Notes: generated by a model from the sequence alone, not told the origin. Shown: positions 27,114 through 37,652, counted from the first letter of the stretch. The stretch: DNA of 64,000 nt from Minisyncoccota bacterium (GCA_041663045.1 JBAZRH010000001.1:1817-65816); one strand, 5' to 3'. Program-made: numbers and translations.

Positions 27114-29585
27114 ATGTTTCTATCAAAGATTTTTGGTGACAGACATACACGATATATAAAGACACTTCAGCCGATTGTTGAGAAAATCGGTTCTTTTGAG
27201 CTATCACTGAAAGCTCTTTCGGATGAGGCTCTGAAAGCCAAGACTTTAGAATTCAGATCAAGAATTGAGAAAGGCGAGACGCTCGATGATATTTTGCCGG
27301 AAGCTTTTGCCTGCGTACGAGAAGCGGCGGTAAGAACTCTCAAACAAAGACATTTTGATGTTCAGCTTGTCGGAGGAATTATCTTACATAGAGGAAATAT
27401 AGCCGAAATGAAGACAGGAGAAGGTAAAACTCTCGTGGCGACTTTACCAGTTTATCTGAATGCACTTTCGGGAAAAGGCGTGCATGTTGTGACTGTAAAC
27501 GACTATCTTTCAAGAAGAGATGCTGTTTGGATGGGACAGATTTACAATGCACTCGGACTTTCTGTCGGTGTTATAAATCACGAGGCATCGTATCTTTATG
27601 ATCCGGCTCACAAAGAGCTTGATGAAAAAAGAGATGAGCTCGGCGCATTCAAAGTTATGCACGAATTCTTGAGACCTTGCACGAGAAAAGAATCATACAA
27701 TGCGGATATTACTTATGGTACGAACAATGAATTTGGTTTTGATTATTTACGAGACAATATTGAATATAATTTGGCGGATTTAAGGCAAAGAGATTACAAT
27801 TTTGCGATTGTAGACGAGGTAGACTCTATTTTAATAGATGAGGCGAGAACCCCTCTTATTATTTCCGCACCAACAGCGGAATCGGGGGACTTTTATGGTC
27901 TGTTTGCGAGAATTGTTCGTGATTTTGTAAAAGACGTGGATTTTACTGTAGAAGAAAAACATAAGGCAATACAACTTACAGATGCGGGTATTAACAAAGC
28001 AGAGAAAGCACTCAATGTAGATAATATTTATACAGACGGAGGTATAAAATATGTGCATCACCTTGAAACTGCCGTGAGAGCTAAGGCACTCTTTGAATTA
28101 AATAAAGACTATGTCATTCGGGAAGAGGAGGTAGTAATAGTGGATGAATTCACAGGAAGACTTCAACCAGGTAGAAGATGGTCAGAAGGTTTGCATCAGG
28201 CGATTGAAGCAAAAGAAAATGTAAAAGTACAGAAAGAATCGCGTACATTTGCGTCTATTACATTCCAAAATTATTTCAGAATGTATAAGAAACTTTCCGG
28301 TATGACAGGCACCGCCATCACTTCTTCCGAAGAATTTTTCAAGGTATATCACATGGATACTATTCCCGTACCGACAAATAAATTAGTTGATAGAAAAGAT
28401 TTGAATGACTTTATCTTTCAAACAGAGAATGGAAAATTTAAGGCTCTTGCAAGAAAAGTAAAAGAGCTGAATAGACTTGGTCAGCCAGTGCTTATCGGAA
28501 CTGTTTCAATAGAAAAAAATGAAGTCCTTTCGGAATATTTGAAGAAAGAAGGGGTTCCACACAATGTATTGAATGCCAAAAATCACGAAAAGGAAGGTGA
28601 AATAGTGGCACAAGCAGGAAAACTCGGTGCGGTAACTGTCGCTACTAATATGGCAGGAAGAGGTGTGGACATAAAGCTCGGTGGTGTGCCGTTTGATCAA
28701 TCTACTTATGAGAAAGTAAAATCTCTCGGTGGGCTTTACGTAATAGGTACGGAAAGACATGAAGCGAGGAGAATAGATAATCAACTTCGAGGGAGATCTG
28801 GAAGGCAGGGCGATCCCGGTACAACCCAATTTTTCGTATCGATGGAGGATTCTTTGATGAGAATTTTTGCTTCGGATACCGTGAAGAAAATGATGGGAAG
28901 ATTTGGAATACCCGAAGACGAACCGATTGAGAATTATCTCATCACAAAATCGCTTGAAAATGCACAAGAAAAAATCGAAGGTTTTAACTTTGATTCTAGA
29001 AAGCATGTCTTGGAATATGACGATGTTTTGAATTTCCAGAGAAAGACTGTCTATGAAAGAAGAAGGAAAATTCTTGTGGGAGGTATTGATGCTGTGAAAG
29101 AAAAGCTGGCAGAGATTGCAACTGATGAAGAATCAGAGAAGATTATCAATGAAAAGATAAAACAATTCGGCGAAGCGGAATTCTACAGAGTGATGAGAGT
29201 GATAATGCTTCAGGCCATAGATATGTTTTGGGTGGATCATTTGGAAATGATGGACTATTTGCGTGGAAGCGTGAATCTTCGCGCTTATGGTCAGAGAGAT
29301 CCTCTCGTAGAATATAAGAAAGACGGCTTGCGACTTTTCAAAGAAATGCAAATAGCTATAAATGAGCAAGTATTGAAACTTCTACCACATGTCGGAGCAG
29401 GAGCATTCCAAGCTGAAGAAGAAAAACTGAAAGAAACTCAAAAGCATATGAAGGTCGCGGGTGCGGAAGGTAAGACAGATAGTATAGCTGCGCCAGTTCG
29501 TTCCGGAGATAAAGTCGGAAGAAATGATCCATGTCCTTGTGGAAGTGGGAAGAAATATAAACATTGTCATGGAAAAGATAAATAA
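27114..29585 (+). CDS. secA: preprotein translocase ATPase SecA
   Basis: MFLSKIFGD..RYIK start. DEAD motor motifs (KTGEGKTLVATLP, VDEVDSILIDEARTPLIIS). C-terminal zinc motif CPCGSGKKYKHCHG. The ORF-track start at 26994 overlaps the upstream terminator and is rejected. Confidence 0.9.
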   Translation: MFLSKIFGDRHTRYIKTLQPIVEKIGSFELSLKALSDEALKAKTLEFRSRIEKGETLDDILPEAFACVREAAVRTLKQRHFDVQLVGGIILHRGNIAEMKTGEGKTLVATLPVYLNALSGKGVHVVTVNDYLSRRDAVWMGQIYNALGLSVGVINHEASYLYDPAHKELDEKRDELGAFKVMHEFLRPCTRKESYNADITYGTNNEFGFDYLRDNIEYNLADLRQRDYNFAIVDEVDSILIDEARTPLIISAPTAESGDFYGLFARIVRDFVKDVDFTVEEKHKAIQLTDAGINKAEKALNVDNIYTDGGIKYVHHLETAVRAKALFELNKDYVIREEEVVIVDEFTGRLQPGRRWSEGLHQAIEAKENVKVQKESRTFASITFQNYFRMYKKLSGMTGTAITSSEEFFKVYHMDTIPVPTNKLVDRKDLNDFIFQTENGKFKALARKVKELNRLGQPVLIGTVSIEKNEVLSEYLKKEGVPHNVLNAKNHEKEGEIVAQAGKLGAVTVATNMAGRGVDIKLGGVPFDQSTYEKVKSLGGLYVIGTERHEARRIDNQLRGRSGRQGDPGTTQFFVSMEDSLMRIFASDTVKKMMGRFGIPEDEPIENYLITKSLENAQEKIEGFNFDSRKHVLEYDDVLNFQRKTVYERRRKILVGGIDAVKEKLAEIATDEESEKIINEKIKQFGEAEFYRVMRVIMLQAIDMFWVDHLEMMDYLRGSVNLRAYGQRDPLVEYKKDGLRLFKEMQIAINEQVLKLLPHVGAGAFQAEEEKLKETQKHMKVAGAEGKTDSIAAPVRSGDKVGRNDPCPCGSGKKYKHCHGKDK

Positions 29586-29627
29586 AAAAGGGTATAATCA
29601 TTATATTAAAAGCGAAGATTAAATTTT

Positions 29628-30041
29628 ATGATAAGAATAGTAGTTAGATTTTTTGATAGGTTAGAAGACAGGGTGAGAGGTAGACTCAGCCACAGGTCTA
29701 TTATTTATGGCTTTATCGGTGGTATGTCTCTTGTGCTTTTCTGGCGCGGGGTTTGGCACACTGGAGATATTCTTATGGAAAAGGGAGGTATTTTGGGTTG
29801 GCTTTTCTATGAGCCACACACTATTGTCTGGACATCTATCATTCTCCTTATGACCGGGCTTTTTGTTTCCCTTACTATCGGAGATAGGATTATTCTTTCC
29901 GGTATAAAGCACGAGAAGAAAGTCGAAGAGAAAACAGAATCAGAGATAAAGGGCGAGGAAAGTGAAATACAACAACTCAATAAAAAAGTTGAAGGTCTTT
30001 ATAGAGAGATTTCCGAAATAAAAGATTTACTCAAAAAATAA
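29628..30041 (+). CDS. hypothetical membrane protein with C-terminal coiled coil
   Basis: Two hydrophobic helices, then a charged EEKTESEIKGEESEIQQLNKKVEGL tail. Confidence 0.4.
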   Translation: MIRIVVRFFDRLEDRVRGRLSHRSIIYGFIGGMSLVLFWRGVWHTGDILMEKGGILGWLFYEPHTIVWTSIILLMTGLFVSLTIGDRIILSGIKHEKKVEEKTESEIKGEESEIQQLNKKVEGLYREISEIKDLLKK

Positions 30042-30940
30042 TGTTTTGGAATAAAAAAGTAACAATAGCTACTCATAGTGGTAATTTTCACCCTGACGAT
30101 GTCTTTTCTGTCGCGGTCCTTTCGATGATTTACAAGGGGAGAATAAAAGTTATAAGATCGAGAGATCCTGAAGTGTATTCAAAAGCAGATTTTGTTATAG
30201 ATATTGGTTTTGAGCACAATCCTGATACAAATAGATTTGATCACCACCAAGAAGGTGGCCCGGGAGCCAGACCAAACGGCATAAAATATTCTTCCATCGG
30301 CCTTCTATGGAAAAAATACGGTGTGCAAGTCTGCGGGAGCGAAAGAATAGCAAAAATCTTAGATGAGAGATTGATACAGCTTATAGATGCTGAAGATGAG
30401 AAAGTTGATTTATATGATTTCAAAATAAAAGGTGTAAAACCATTCCCCCTTATCAATTTTATTTATGATCTTACGCCGACATGGAAAGACAAAATCTCTC
30501 TAGATGAGGCCTTTATGAAAGCTGTTGATTTTGCAAAGGAGGTCTTAGAAAGGGAGATAAAATTACAGAAAGACGAAGAAGAGGCGAGATGTATAGTAGA
30601 AAAAGCTTACTTAAATTCCTCGGATAAAAGGATAATAATATTGGAAAACCCATATATGCCGAAAAGTATATTGATGGAGTATCCTGAACCCCTTTTTGTT
30701 ATAAGACCGGAAAAGGATGGTCCATATTGGAGAGTGGGGACACTGGATATCGAGAAAAATTCTTATGATCACGGAGTTAGGAAAAACTTTCCTCAAAACT
30801 GGTGGGGCAAAAAGAGAGAAGAGCTGGTAGAGATCACTGGTGTGGAAGATATAGTATTTTGTAGAAATGGCGGAATTTTTGCTGGAGCACAAAGCAAAGA
30901 AGGTGCTATCAAAATGGCACAGTTGGCTTTGGAAAAATAG
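30041..30940 (+). CDS. MYG1/UPF0160-family metal-dependent hydrolase
   Basis: THSGNFHPDDVFSVAVL and DHHQ motifs characteristic of UPF0160. Confidence 0.65.
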   Translation: MFWNKKVTIATHSGNFHPDDVFSVAVLSMIYKGRIKVIRSRDPEVYSKADFVIDIGFEHNPDTNRFDHHQEGGPGARPNGIKYSSIGLLWKKYGVQVCGSERIAKILDERLIQLIDAEDEKVDLYDFKIKGVKPFPLINFIYDLTPTWKDKISLDEAFMKAVDFAKEVLEREIKLQKDEEEARCIVEKAYLNSSDKRIIILENPYMPKSILMEYPEPLFVIRPEKDGPYWRVGTLDIEKNSYDHGVRKNFPQNWWGKKREELVEITGVEDIVFCRNGGIFAGAQSKEGAIKMAQLALEK

Positions 30941-30978
30941 GGGCGATTTTCGGTATTACGAATAGTCCACTTTTTGCC

Positions 30979-31006
30979 TTGACACTCTTTTTTGTGGTGG
31001 TATTAT
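30979..31006 (+). promoter_or_regulatory. sigma70-like promoter (TTGACA-16-TATTAT)
   Basis: Near-consensus hexamers. AGGAG RBS 6 nt before the ATG at 31086. Confidence 0.55.
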
Positions 31007-31085
31007 GGACGCTTCCGTTTCTTTCTGTGTAGAAAGGGCGGGATTTGTTCTTTCGTAAGTAGTGGCCAAATAACAAGGAGATAGC

Positions 31086-31466
31086 ATGGCTACAGCAGTG
31101 CAAGAGAGTGAAGTGGAAGTGTTGCCGAAGTTTATAATGGATATCGATCCAGAAAAATTTCGGGGGCGCTTGGCGTTTGTGATGGCGTCTGGTCGGATTA
31201 ATGATTTTGGGATAGCCTCCCACGATACTGGTCAGACTTTGCACGTCGTCGTCCTCGATGCTGAAAGCAACGGTGGAACGATTCATCCGTCTGTGCGCGG
31301 ATGGCAACTCAAGGACCGTAATTCGTCTGCGGTGTGGGTGTTTAAACACCGACTCCGCCCTCTCACCACGAGGGAGAAAGTGGCTCTGAAAAACGTCCAT
31401 GAAAAACTGGAGCAAGGAATTGTCCCAGAAATTCATGAATTGCCCTCATGGCTACTCTCTCAATAA
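31086..31466 (+). CDS. hypothetical protein on a small high-GC island
   Basis: Intact 126-aa ORF with consensus promoter, strong RBS and downstream terminator. GC above the flanks. Confidence 0.55.
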   Translation: MATAVQESEVEVLPKFIMDIDPEKFRGRLAFVMASGRINDFGIASHDTGQTLHVVVLDAESNGGTIHPSVRGWQLKDRNSSAVWVFKHRLRPLTTREKVALKNVHEKLEQGIVPEIHELPSWLLSQ

Positions 31467-31500
31467 ACGTACACGAGAAATCATGTACAAACGCCCTGAC

Positions 31501-31537
31501 CATTTTCGTACGGTCAGGGCGTGTTTTAATATATTTT
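31501..31537 (+). terminator. rho-independent terminator
   Basis: cgccctgacc...ggtcagggcg + GTTTT. Confidence 0.7.
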
Positions 31538-31587
31538 TCTGTATTTTTCTCCCTTTTTATGTTAAAGTCATTAAATAATTTAAGCGT

Positions 31588-32562
31588 ATGGCATTTGTAG
31601 ACGAATTAAAACTTCATATTAAAGCAGGTCATGGGGGAGATGGCGTGGTGCGTTGGCGACATGAAAAGGGTCGCGAATTTGCTGGTGCTTCCGGTGGCAA
31701 TGGTGGAAAGGGCGGAGATATCTATATTAGAGCTGTCCGTGATATTGGCATACTTGCAAGATATAAAAACTCAAAAGAATTTTTGGCGCAAAACGGTGCT
31801 TCTGGGCAAAGAGATAGTATGCACGGCAGAGATGGCGATGATCTTACTATAAACTTACCGATTGGCTCTGTAATTACAAACTTGGAAACAAGAGAGAAAT
31901 TTAATCTTGATACTGATGAGCAGATTATAAAAATTTTGAATGGTGGAAAGGGCGGGCTTGGCAATGAATATTTCAAATCTTCCACAAATGTTTCTCCAGA
32001 ACAGCAGACGGATGGCAAAAGGGGAGAAGAAGCGGATTTTGAAATAGAAGTAGAGCTTGTTGCAGACGCTGGCTTTATCGGCCTTCCAAATGCAGGGAAA
32101 TCAAGCTTACTCAATGAGCTTACAAATGCACATTCCAAAGTCGGAGCGTATCAATTTACAACACTTGAACCGGCACTTGGCGCAATGCGTGGTTTTGTGC
32201 TTGCCGATATTCCTGGGCTTATAGAGGGTGCTTCAGAGGGTAGGGGTTTGGGTCATAAATTTCTTAGACATATAAAAAGGACAAAGATTTTGCTTCACTG
32301 CCTTTCGCTTGAAGATGAAGTTCTGGTGAAGAATTATAAAGTTATAAGAAAGGAGCTCAAAGATTATAGTGAGGAGCTTGCGGAGAAGAAAGAGATTGTG
32401 ATTTTGACAAAGACTGATTTGGTAGATGCCAAAAAGCTTTCTGCAGCAAAAAAGAAAATAGAAAAATTAAATAAAAATATTTTGACCGTTACCGTTTACG
32501 ATAATGATTCTATAAAAGAGTTGGGGGATAAATTGATTAAGATTCTTAGGGCAGAGAAATAG
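31588..32562 (+). CDS. obg: GTPase Obg (short form, no C-terminal extension)
   Basis: Gly-rich Obg fold (GGDGVVRW.., GGNGGKGGDIY) and GTPase G1 GLPNAGKSS. Length 324 aa. Confidence 0.85.
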   Translation: MAFVDELKLHIKAGHGGDGVVRWRHEKGREFAGASGGNGGKGGDIYIRAVRDIGILARYKNSKEFLAQNGASGQRDSMHGRDGDDLTINLPIGSVITNLETREKFNLDTDEQIIKILNGGKGGLGNEYFKSSTNVSPEQQTDGKRGEEADFEIEVELVADAGFIGLPNAGKSSLLNELTNAHSKVGAYQFTTLEPALGAMRGFVLADIPGLIEGASEGRGLGHKFLRHIKRTKILLHCLSLEDEVLVKNYKVIRKELKDYSEELAEKKEIVILTKTDLVDAKKLSAAKKKIEKLNKNILTVTVYDNDSIKELGDKLIKILRAEK

Positions 32563-32705
32563 GGCGGTTTTGCACGGGGTCCTGGTACCTTATACTTTTT
32601 GAAAACCGCGCATAAAATCCTGCTGGCTTTTTGCTATGCTCGGCTCGCCAGCCTGTGCAATGATTTTCAAAAAGCATAAGGTGCCACCCCTAACACAAAA
32701 CCGCT
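32563..32705. repeat. imperfect palindromic intergenic element R2 (same family as R1 and R3)
   Basis: Outer arms ggcggttttg / caaaaccgc. Inner arms ggtaccttatactttttgaaaa / ttttcaaaaagcataaggtgcc. Shares cacggggtcctg and gccacccctaaca with R3. Confidence 0.6.
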
Positions 32706-32724
32706 TTTGTGATATATTATAGAT

Positions 32725-33237
32725 ATGGAAATATATGTGATAAGACACGGACAGACAAAGCTCAATAAAGAAAATAAATTTAATGGAAGAATTGATGAAC
32801 CGCTTACAGATGAGGGGTTTGTTCAAGCTCGAAAAGTTTCTCTAAATTTACCAGACGATATAAATCATATCTGCTCTTCCTCGATGATTCGTGCAAAACA
32901 GACAGCAGAGACTATAAACAAAAAGTTTAATATTCCGATTACTCTCTACAAAGAAATAATCGAAGTAGACGCAGGTATCAATAACGGCACTGTCTGGGAC
33001 ACTGCATTAAAAGAGAAATACAGACTGATGGACTACGATTTTAAACCGAAAGGGGAATCTTTTTTAGAAGTCAAGGATAGAGTTAGTAGATTTCTGAAAG
33101 ATATAAAAGACAACTATGCTGACAGAAAAGTCTTAATTGTAACTCACGGCGGTATTATCCGTATGATAAATTATCTTGCAAAGGGTTCACCTTTAGGTGA
33201 CATTAAGAATGTATCGTTTTATACTTTTAATATATAA
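32725..33237 (+). CDS. histidine phosphatase family protein (phosphoglycerate-mutase-like)
   Basis: RHGQT catalytic motif at the N-terminus, THGG near the C-terminus. Confidence 0.65.
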   Translation: MEIYVIRHGQTKLNKENKFNGRIDEPLTDEGFVQARKVSLNLPDDINHICSSSMIRAKQTAETINKKFNIPITLYKEIIEVDAGINNGTVWDTALKEKYRLMDYDFKPKGESFLEVKDRVSRFLKDIKDNYADRKVLIVTHGGIIRMINYLAKGSPLGDIKNVSFYTFNI

Positions 33238-33246
33238 TACTTAAGT

Positions 33247-34665
33247 ATGGAAAAGAAATGCGAATATAGAACAACAGTTGGGCTTGAAATTCACGCCGAA
33301 CTCAAGACAAAGACAAAGATGTTTTGTCAGTGTAAAAACGACCCCGATGAAGAAAAACCAAATGTAAATGTTTGTCCGGTGTGTATGGGACACCCTGGTA
33401 CTTTGCCGGTTTTGAATAAAGAAGCGATAAGGAAAGTCTTACAGGTAGGGCTTGCTTGTGGTTCAGAAATCGCCGACTTTACCGAATGGGACAGGAAAAA
33501 TTATTTCTATCCCGATATTCCGAAGGGCTATCAGATAAGCCAATACAAATATCCGCTTGTTATCGGTGGCTATTTAAAAGGTGTACGACTCACAAGAATT
33601 CATTTGGAAGAAGATACTGCGAAGTCTTCGCACGACCAAGGTGATTTTTCTCTTGTAGATTTCAATCGTGGAGGAGTGCCACTTATGGAGCTTGTGACAG
33701 AGCCGGTGATTCACTCTGGCAAAGAAGCATCGGATTTTGCCAAAGAGCTTCAATTGCTTTTACAATATCTAGGTGCCGGCGATGCAAATATGGAAAAAGG
33801 TGAGATGAGAGTGGAAGCGAATATTTCTGTCAGTGATTGCGAGGACAAGCTCGGTACAAAAGTGGAGGTGAAAAATCTCAACTCATTCCGTGCAGTGGAG
33901 AGGGCTATCGCTTATGAGACGGAAAGGCATATTTCAGCACTAGAAAGAGGTGAAAAAATAGTGCAGGAAACACGCGGTTGGGATGATGCAAAACAGCAAA
34001 CATATTCACAGAGAATAAAAGAAGATTCGCACGACTATCGTTATTTCCCAGATCCAGATTTACCAAAACTCATGGTTTCTGAAGTCTTTGATTTGAAAAA
34101 GATGAAAGGAGAATTGCCGGAGCTTCCGTGGCAGAGGAGAGAAAGATATCTGAAAGTCTTTGGAATAAAAGAACAGGATGCGGAAGCTTATGTAAACAAC
34201 TTTGCACTCGGAGAATTTTTTGAGAAAGTCATAAAGGATTTTGGAGAAAATAAAGATTTGGTTAAACTTGCTTCAAATTATATTTCATCCGACCTTGTCG
34301 GGCTTCTTGCAAAAGATGAAAGTTTGAAATACCCGGACGATAAAAGTCTTGCAAAAATTATTCAGATGGTTTCTGAAGGTGCATTGTCTTCAAGGAGCGC
34401 AAAGGATTTGCTTCTTAAAATAGTAAAAGATGGCGGAAATCCAGAAGAAATCGCTAAAAAAGAGGGAATGCTACAGTCAAACGACGAAGGCCCTATAAAA
34501 GCAATTATCGAAAAGCTTATTACGGAAAATCCCAAAGTTGTAGCAGATTATAAAGCCGGAAAGGAAGCATCTTTGCAATTCTTCATCGGGCAAACCATAA
34601 AAGCCACAAAGGGTTCGGCAAATCCACAAATTATAAAAAAGGTTCTTTTATCTGCTTTAAAATAG
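33247..34665 (+). CDS. gatB: Asp-tRNA(Asn)/Glu-tRNA(Gln) amidotransferase subunit B
   Basis: TTVGLEIHAELKTKTKMFC, zinc-site cysteines, GatB/YqeY C-terminal region. Length 472 aa. Confidence 0.85.
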   Translation: MEKKCEYRTTVGLEIHAELKTKTKMFCQCKNDPDEEKPNVNVCPVCMGHPGTLPVLNKEAIRKVLQVGLACGSEIADFTEWDRKNYFYPDIPKGYQISQYKYPLVIGGYLKGVRLTRIHLEEDTAKSSHDQGDFSLVDFNRGGVPLMELVTEPVIHSGKEASDFAKELQLLLQYLGAGDANMEKGEMRVEANISVSDCEDKLGTKVEVKNLNSFRAVERAIAYETERHISALERGEKIVQETRGWDDAKQQTYSQRIKEDSHDYRYFPDPDLPKLMVSEVFDLKKMKGELPELPWQRRERYLKVFGIKEQDAEAYVNNFALGEFFEKVIKDFGENKDLVKLASNYISSDLVGLLAKDESLKYPDDKSLAKIIQMVSEGALSSRSAKDLLLKIVKDGGNPEEIAKKEGMLQSNDEGPIKAIIEKLITENPKVVADYKAGKEASLQFFIGQTIKATKGSANPQIIKKVLLSALK

Positions 34666-34680
34666 TAGTATAATACCGCT

Positions 34681-35193
34681 ATGGCAGAACCTATAATAAA
34701 GAAAGTCTATATTGGTACAGATCATGCCGGTTTTGTGATGAAAGAAAAATTAAAACCTTTTATAGAAAAACTCGGATACAAGGTGGTTGATTGTGGAGCC
34801 TTCAGATATGATGACCTAGATGATTATCCCGATTTTATCGCTCCTGTGGCTAAAGCCGTTTCTCTTAATCCAGAACATATACGCGGAATAATTCTCGGCG
34901 GTTCTGGGCAGGGTGAGGCAATTGTAGCAAACAGATTTCCAAATGTTCGGGCAATAGTTTTCTATGGTAGAGGTGGAATTTTGAAAGATGCAATGGCAGC
35001 GATTGAGCTTGGTCGTGGACACAACGATTCAAATGTTCTTTCTCTGGGTGCGAGGATGATACGCTTATCGGCCGCTAAAAAGGCAGTTACTCTTTGGCTC
35101 AAGATGAATTTTTCAAATAAAGAAAGGCATATTCGAAGAATAAAAAAAATAGAGACTATCACTAAGATGATAAGAAATAGTTTGGAATATTAA
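34681..35193 (+). CDS. rpiB: ribose-5-phosphate isomerase B
   Basis: KVYIGTDHAGFVMKEKL, GILGGSGQGEAIVANR. Confidence 0.75.
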   Translation: MAEPIIKKVYIGTDHAGFVMKEKLKPFIEKLGYKVVDCGAFRYDDLDDYPDFIAPVAKAVSLNPEHIRGIILGGSGQGEAIVANRFPNVRAIVFYGRGGILKDAMAAIELGRGHNDSNVLSLGARMIRLSAAKKAVTLWLKMNFSNKERHIRRIKKIETITKMIRNSLEY

Positions 35194-35194
35194 A

Positions 35195-35914
35195 ATGGTA
35201 GATGTAATACCAGCAATAATACCGGAATCTTTTGAAGATCTTCAGGATAAGATGTCTCTTGTAAATGGTCTCACTAAAATGGTACAGATAGATGTTTGTG
35301 ATGGCAAATTTGTTCCGTCAAAATGTTGGCCGTATACAAATGATCACGATGGAGATTTTAGAAATATTACCGAAGAGGAGGCGGGCTTTCCATTTTGGGA
35401 TTCTCTTGATTTTGAGGTAGATCTTATGGTGGCTCATCCAGAAAATGTCGTTGAAGACTGGATTCGCGCTGGAGCGAAAAGAATCGTCTTACATATTGAA
35501 TCTGCACCACATATCAAAGATCTGATAAAAGATTTGCGTGTAAAGTATGGTTGGTATGGAGAATCACTACTTACCATTGAAATAGGTATTGCTCTAAATT
35601 CAAACACCTCAAATGAAAAGATTTTTGAATATCTTGATCCAAATACCGAAGGTAGATCTCTTATAGATTTTGTACAGTTTATGGGTATTAGAGAGATCGG
35701 ATATCAGGGTCAACTTTTTGATGAGAGAGTCTTTGGTAAAATACGCACCTTGAGGCAGTCCTACCCTGACACTATTATTAGCGTAGATGGAGGTGTTACA
35801 ATGGAAAATGCTCATGACCTCGTAGAGGCCGGTGTAAACAGGCTCGTCTCCGGCTCGGCGATTTATGGGAGTGGAGATATAAAAGAAGCGATAGAGGAAT
35901 TAAGGAAATTATAA
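35195..35914 (+). CDS. rpe: ribulose-phosphate 3-epimerase family protein (divergent)
   Basis: IPAIIPESF...QIDVCDGKFVPS matches the Rpe hlDvMDGhFVPN region. Pentose-phosphate context (rpiB upstream, fba downstream). Confidence 0.55.
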   Translation: MVDVIPAIIPESFEDLQDKMSLVNGLTKMVQIDVCDGKFVPSKCWPYTNDHDGDFRNITEEEAGFPFWDSLDFEVDLMVAHPENVVEDWIRAGAKRIVLHIESAPHIKDLIKDLRVKYGWYGESLLTIEIGIALNSNTSNEKIFEYLDPNTEGRSLIDFVQFMGIREIGYQGQLFDERVFGKIRTLRQSYPDTIISVDGGVTMENAHDLVEAGVNRLVSGSAIYGSGDIKEAIEELRKL

Positions 35915-35916
35915 AT

Positions 35917-36783
35917 ATGAAAACACTTAGAGAATATGTAAAAGAGGCACAGGAAAATGGAGTGGCAATCGGTCATTTTAATATCTCAAACCTTGAAACT
36001 TTGCGAGGGATTTTTAATTCAGCGAGAAAATTAAATCTGCCGGTGATTATTGGCACTGCGGAAGGGGAGAGGAAATTCATCGGCACGAAGCAAGCGGTGG
36101 CTTTGGTAAAGAGCTTGCGCGAAGAATACAATTATCCGATTTTCCTAAATGCTGATCATACTTATACAGTAGAGGGGGTAAAAGAATGCATAGATGCTGG
36201 ATATGATGCCGTTATTTTTGATGCGGCAAATGTGAGCTATGAAGAAAATGTAAAGCTTACAAAAGAATGTGTGGAGTATGCCAAAAAATGCGGGCGAGAT
36301 GTGCTTGTGGAAGCAGAACTTGGCTTTATAGGGCAGGCCTCACAGATTTTGGACAAGATTCCGGAAGGGGTGAGAATAAGCGAAGAATTTTTGACCACGC
36401 CGGAGCTCGCACAAAAATTTGTAAAAGATACCGGCATAGATATGCTCGCTCCTGCGGTGGGAAATATTCACGGCATGCTAAAGGGTGGTAAAGATCCAGC
36501 ATTGAATATAAAAAGAGTAGGGGAGATAAATACTGTTGCGGGTGTTCCGCTGGTGCTTCATGGCGCGTCTGGAAATTCTGCCGAAGAAATAAAAGAAGCG
36601 ATAAAATCCGGAATGGCGATAGTGCACATAAATACAGAAATCCGCTCGGCTTTCAGAAAAACCCTCGAAAAAGAGCTAGCCGAAAAGCCAAACGAAGTGG
36701 CGCCTTATAAATATATGGATGGTGCAGTTTCTGCTGTGGAAGAAATTGTGACGGAGAAATTGAAGATTTTTAATAATTTTTAA
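35917..36783 (+). CDS. fba: class II fructose/tagatose-bisphosphate aldolase
   Basis: GHFNISNLE, DHTY, LHGASG metal- and substrate-site motifs. Confidence 0.7.
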   Translation: MKTLREYVKEAQENGVAIGHFNISNLETLRGIFNSARKLNLPVIIGTAEGERKFIGTKQAVALVKSLREEYNYPIFLNADHTYTVEGVKECIDAGYDAVIFDAANVSYEENVKLTKECVEYAKKCGRDVLVEAELGFIGQASQILDKIPEGVRISEEFLTTPELAQKFVKDTGIDMLAPAVGNIHGMLKGGKDPALNIKRVGEINTVAGVPLVLHGASGNSAEEIKEAIKSGMAIVHINTEIRSAFRKTLEKELAEKPNEVAPYKYMDGAVSAVEEIVTEKLKIFNNF

Positions 36784-36802
36784 ACTGACAAGAATTTATA
36801 CC

Positions 36803-37603
36803 ATGCTTCATCCTGTGATACAGTCGATACTTAATAGACGTGGTCTAAGTGTTCCGATAAATGATGGCAAAAAGATTACTCTGGTTTTGTATGGTGGAGT
36901 AATGGCTGGAGTGGCTGGAGGAGCATCTGTTATTGCACTTGAAGAACTCGGTTTATCCGGAGTCTTTGATAATATCTTTGTAGTGTCTGCCGGTTTACCC
37001 AATGCTTCATATTTTTTATCTAAACAGACGAAGCTTGGTACAAGTATTTACTACGAGGATTTAAATGATAGGAAATTTATTAACTTTTGGAGATTCTGGA
37101 ATCCGATTAATACAGATAAAGTAGTAAATGCTATTCGCTATCTTAAACCTTTAGATGTTAAGAATGTCCTTTCGTCAAAGACTAAGATTTTTGTACGTTT
37201 ATTCAATATTGGTACCGACAAAGCTGAGTATTTAAGACTAAATGAATATTGCAAGACTAATGACGATTATTTTTCGGTTTTAAAGACAGCGATAACATTT
37301 TCTACTATTTATAATTCCTATAAAATTGACGGGAGAAGATATGTCGATGGAGCTATGCGGAACAAGGGATATATTCTTGATCACTTTAAATGTGCATGCA
37401 AAGAAGAGTTTACAGATATGTTGATAATATATAATAAAGGCACGTATAATTTGAATATTAGTTCTGATAAAATATGCGAAATAGTTTTACCAACAGAGAT
37501 GTCTAATTTTGAGACTAAAGATGTGATTCTTAGGCAAGAGAGTATAAAAGCTGGTTTGTATGTCAAACAAGCCTTTGGTGTTAATGAACAGATAACTCTG
37601 TAG
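36803..37603 (+). CDS. patatin-like phospholipase family protein (tentative)
   Basis: Gly-rich LVLYGGVMAGVAGG, GxSxG-like VVSAG, DGA in YVDGAMRN. Confidence 0.4.
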   Translation: MLHPVIQSILNRRGLSVPINDGKKITLVLYGGVMAGVAGGASVIALEELGLSGVFDNIFVVSAGLPNASYFLSKQTKLGTSIYYEDLNDRKFINFWRFWNPINTDKVVNAIRYLKPLDVKNVLSSKTKIFVRLFNIGTDKAEYLRLNEYCKTNDDYFSVLKTAITFSTIYNSYKIDGRRYVDGAMRNKGYILDHFKCACKEEFTDMLIIYNKGTYNLNISSDKICEIVLPTEMSNFETKDVILRQESIKAGLYVKQAFGVNEQITL

Positions 37604-37624
37604 TTATAGACCCTAAAAACTGTC

Positions 37625-37652
37625 TTGCTAAAAAGACTTTTTCATGTATAAT
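37625..37652 (+). promoter_or_regulatory. sigma70-like promoter with extended -10 (TTGCTA-16-TGtATAAT)
   Basis: Hexamers at 37625-30 and 37647-52. rplY starts at 37662. Confidence 0.5.
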
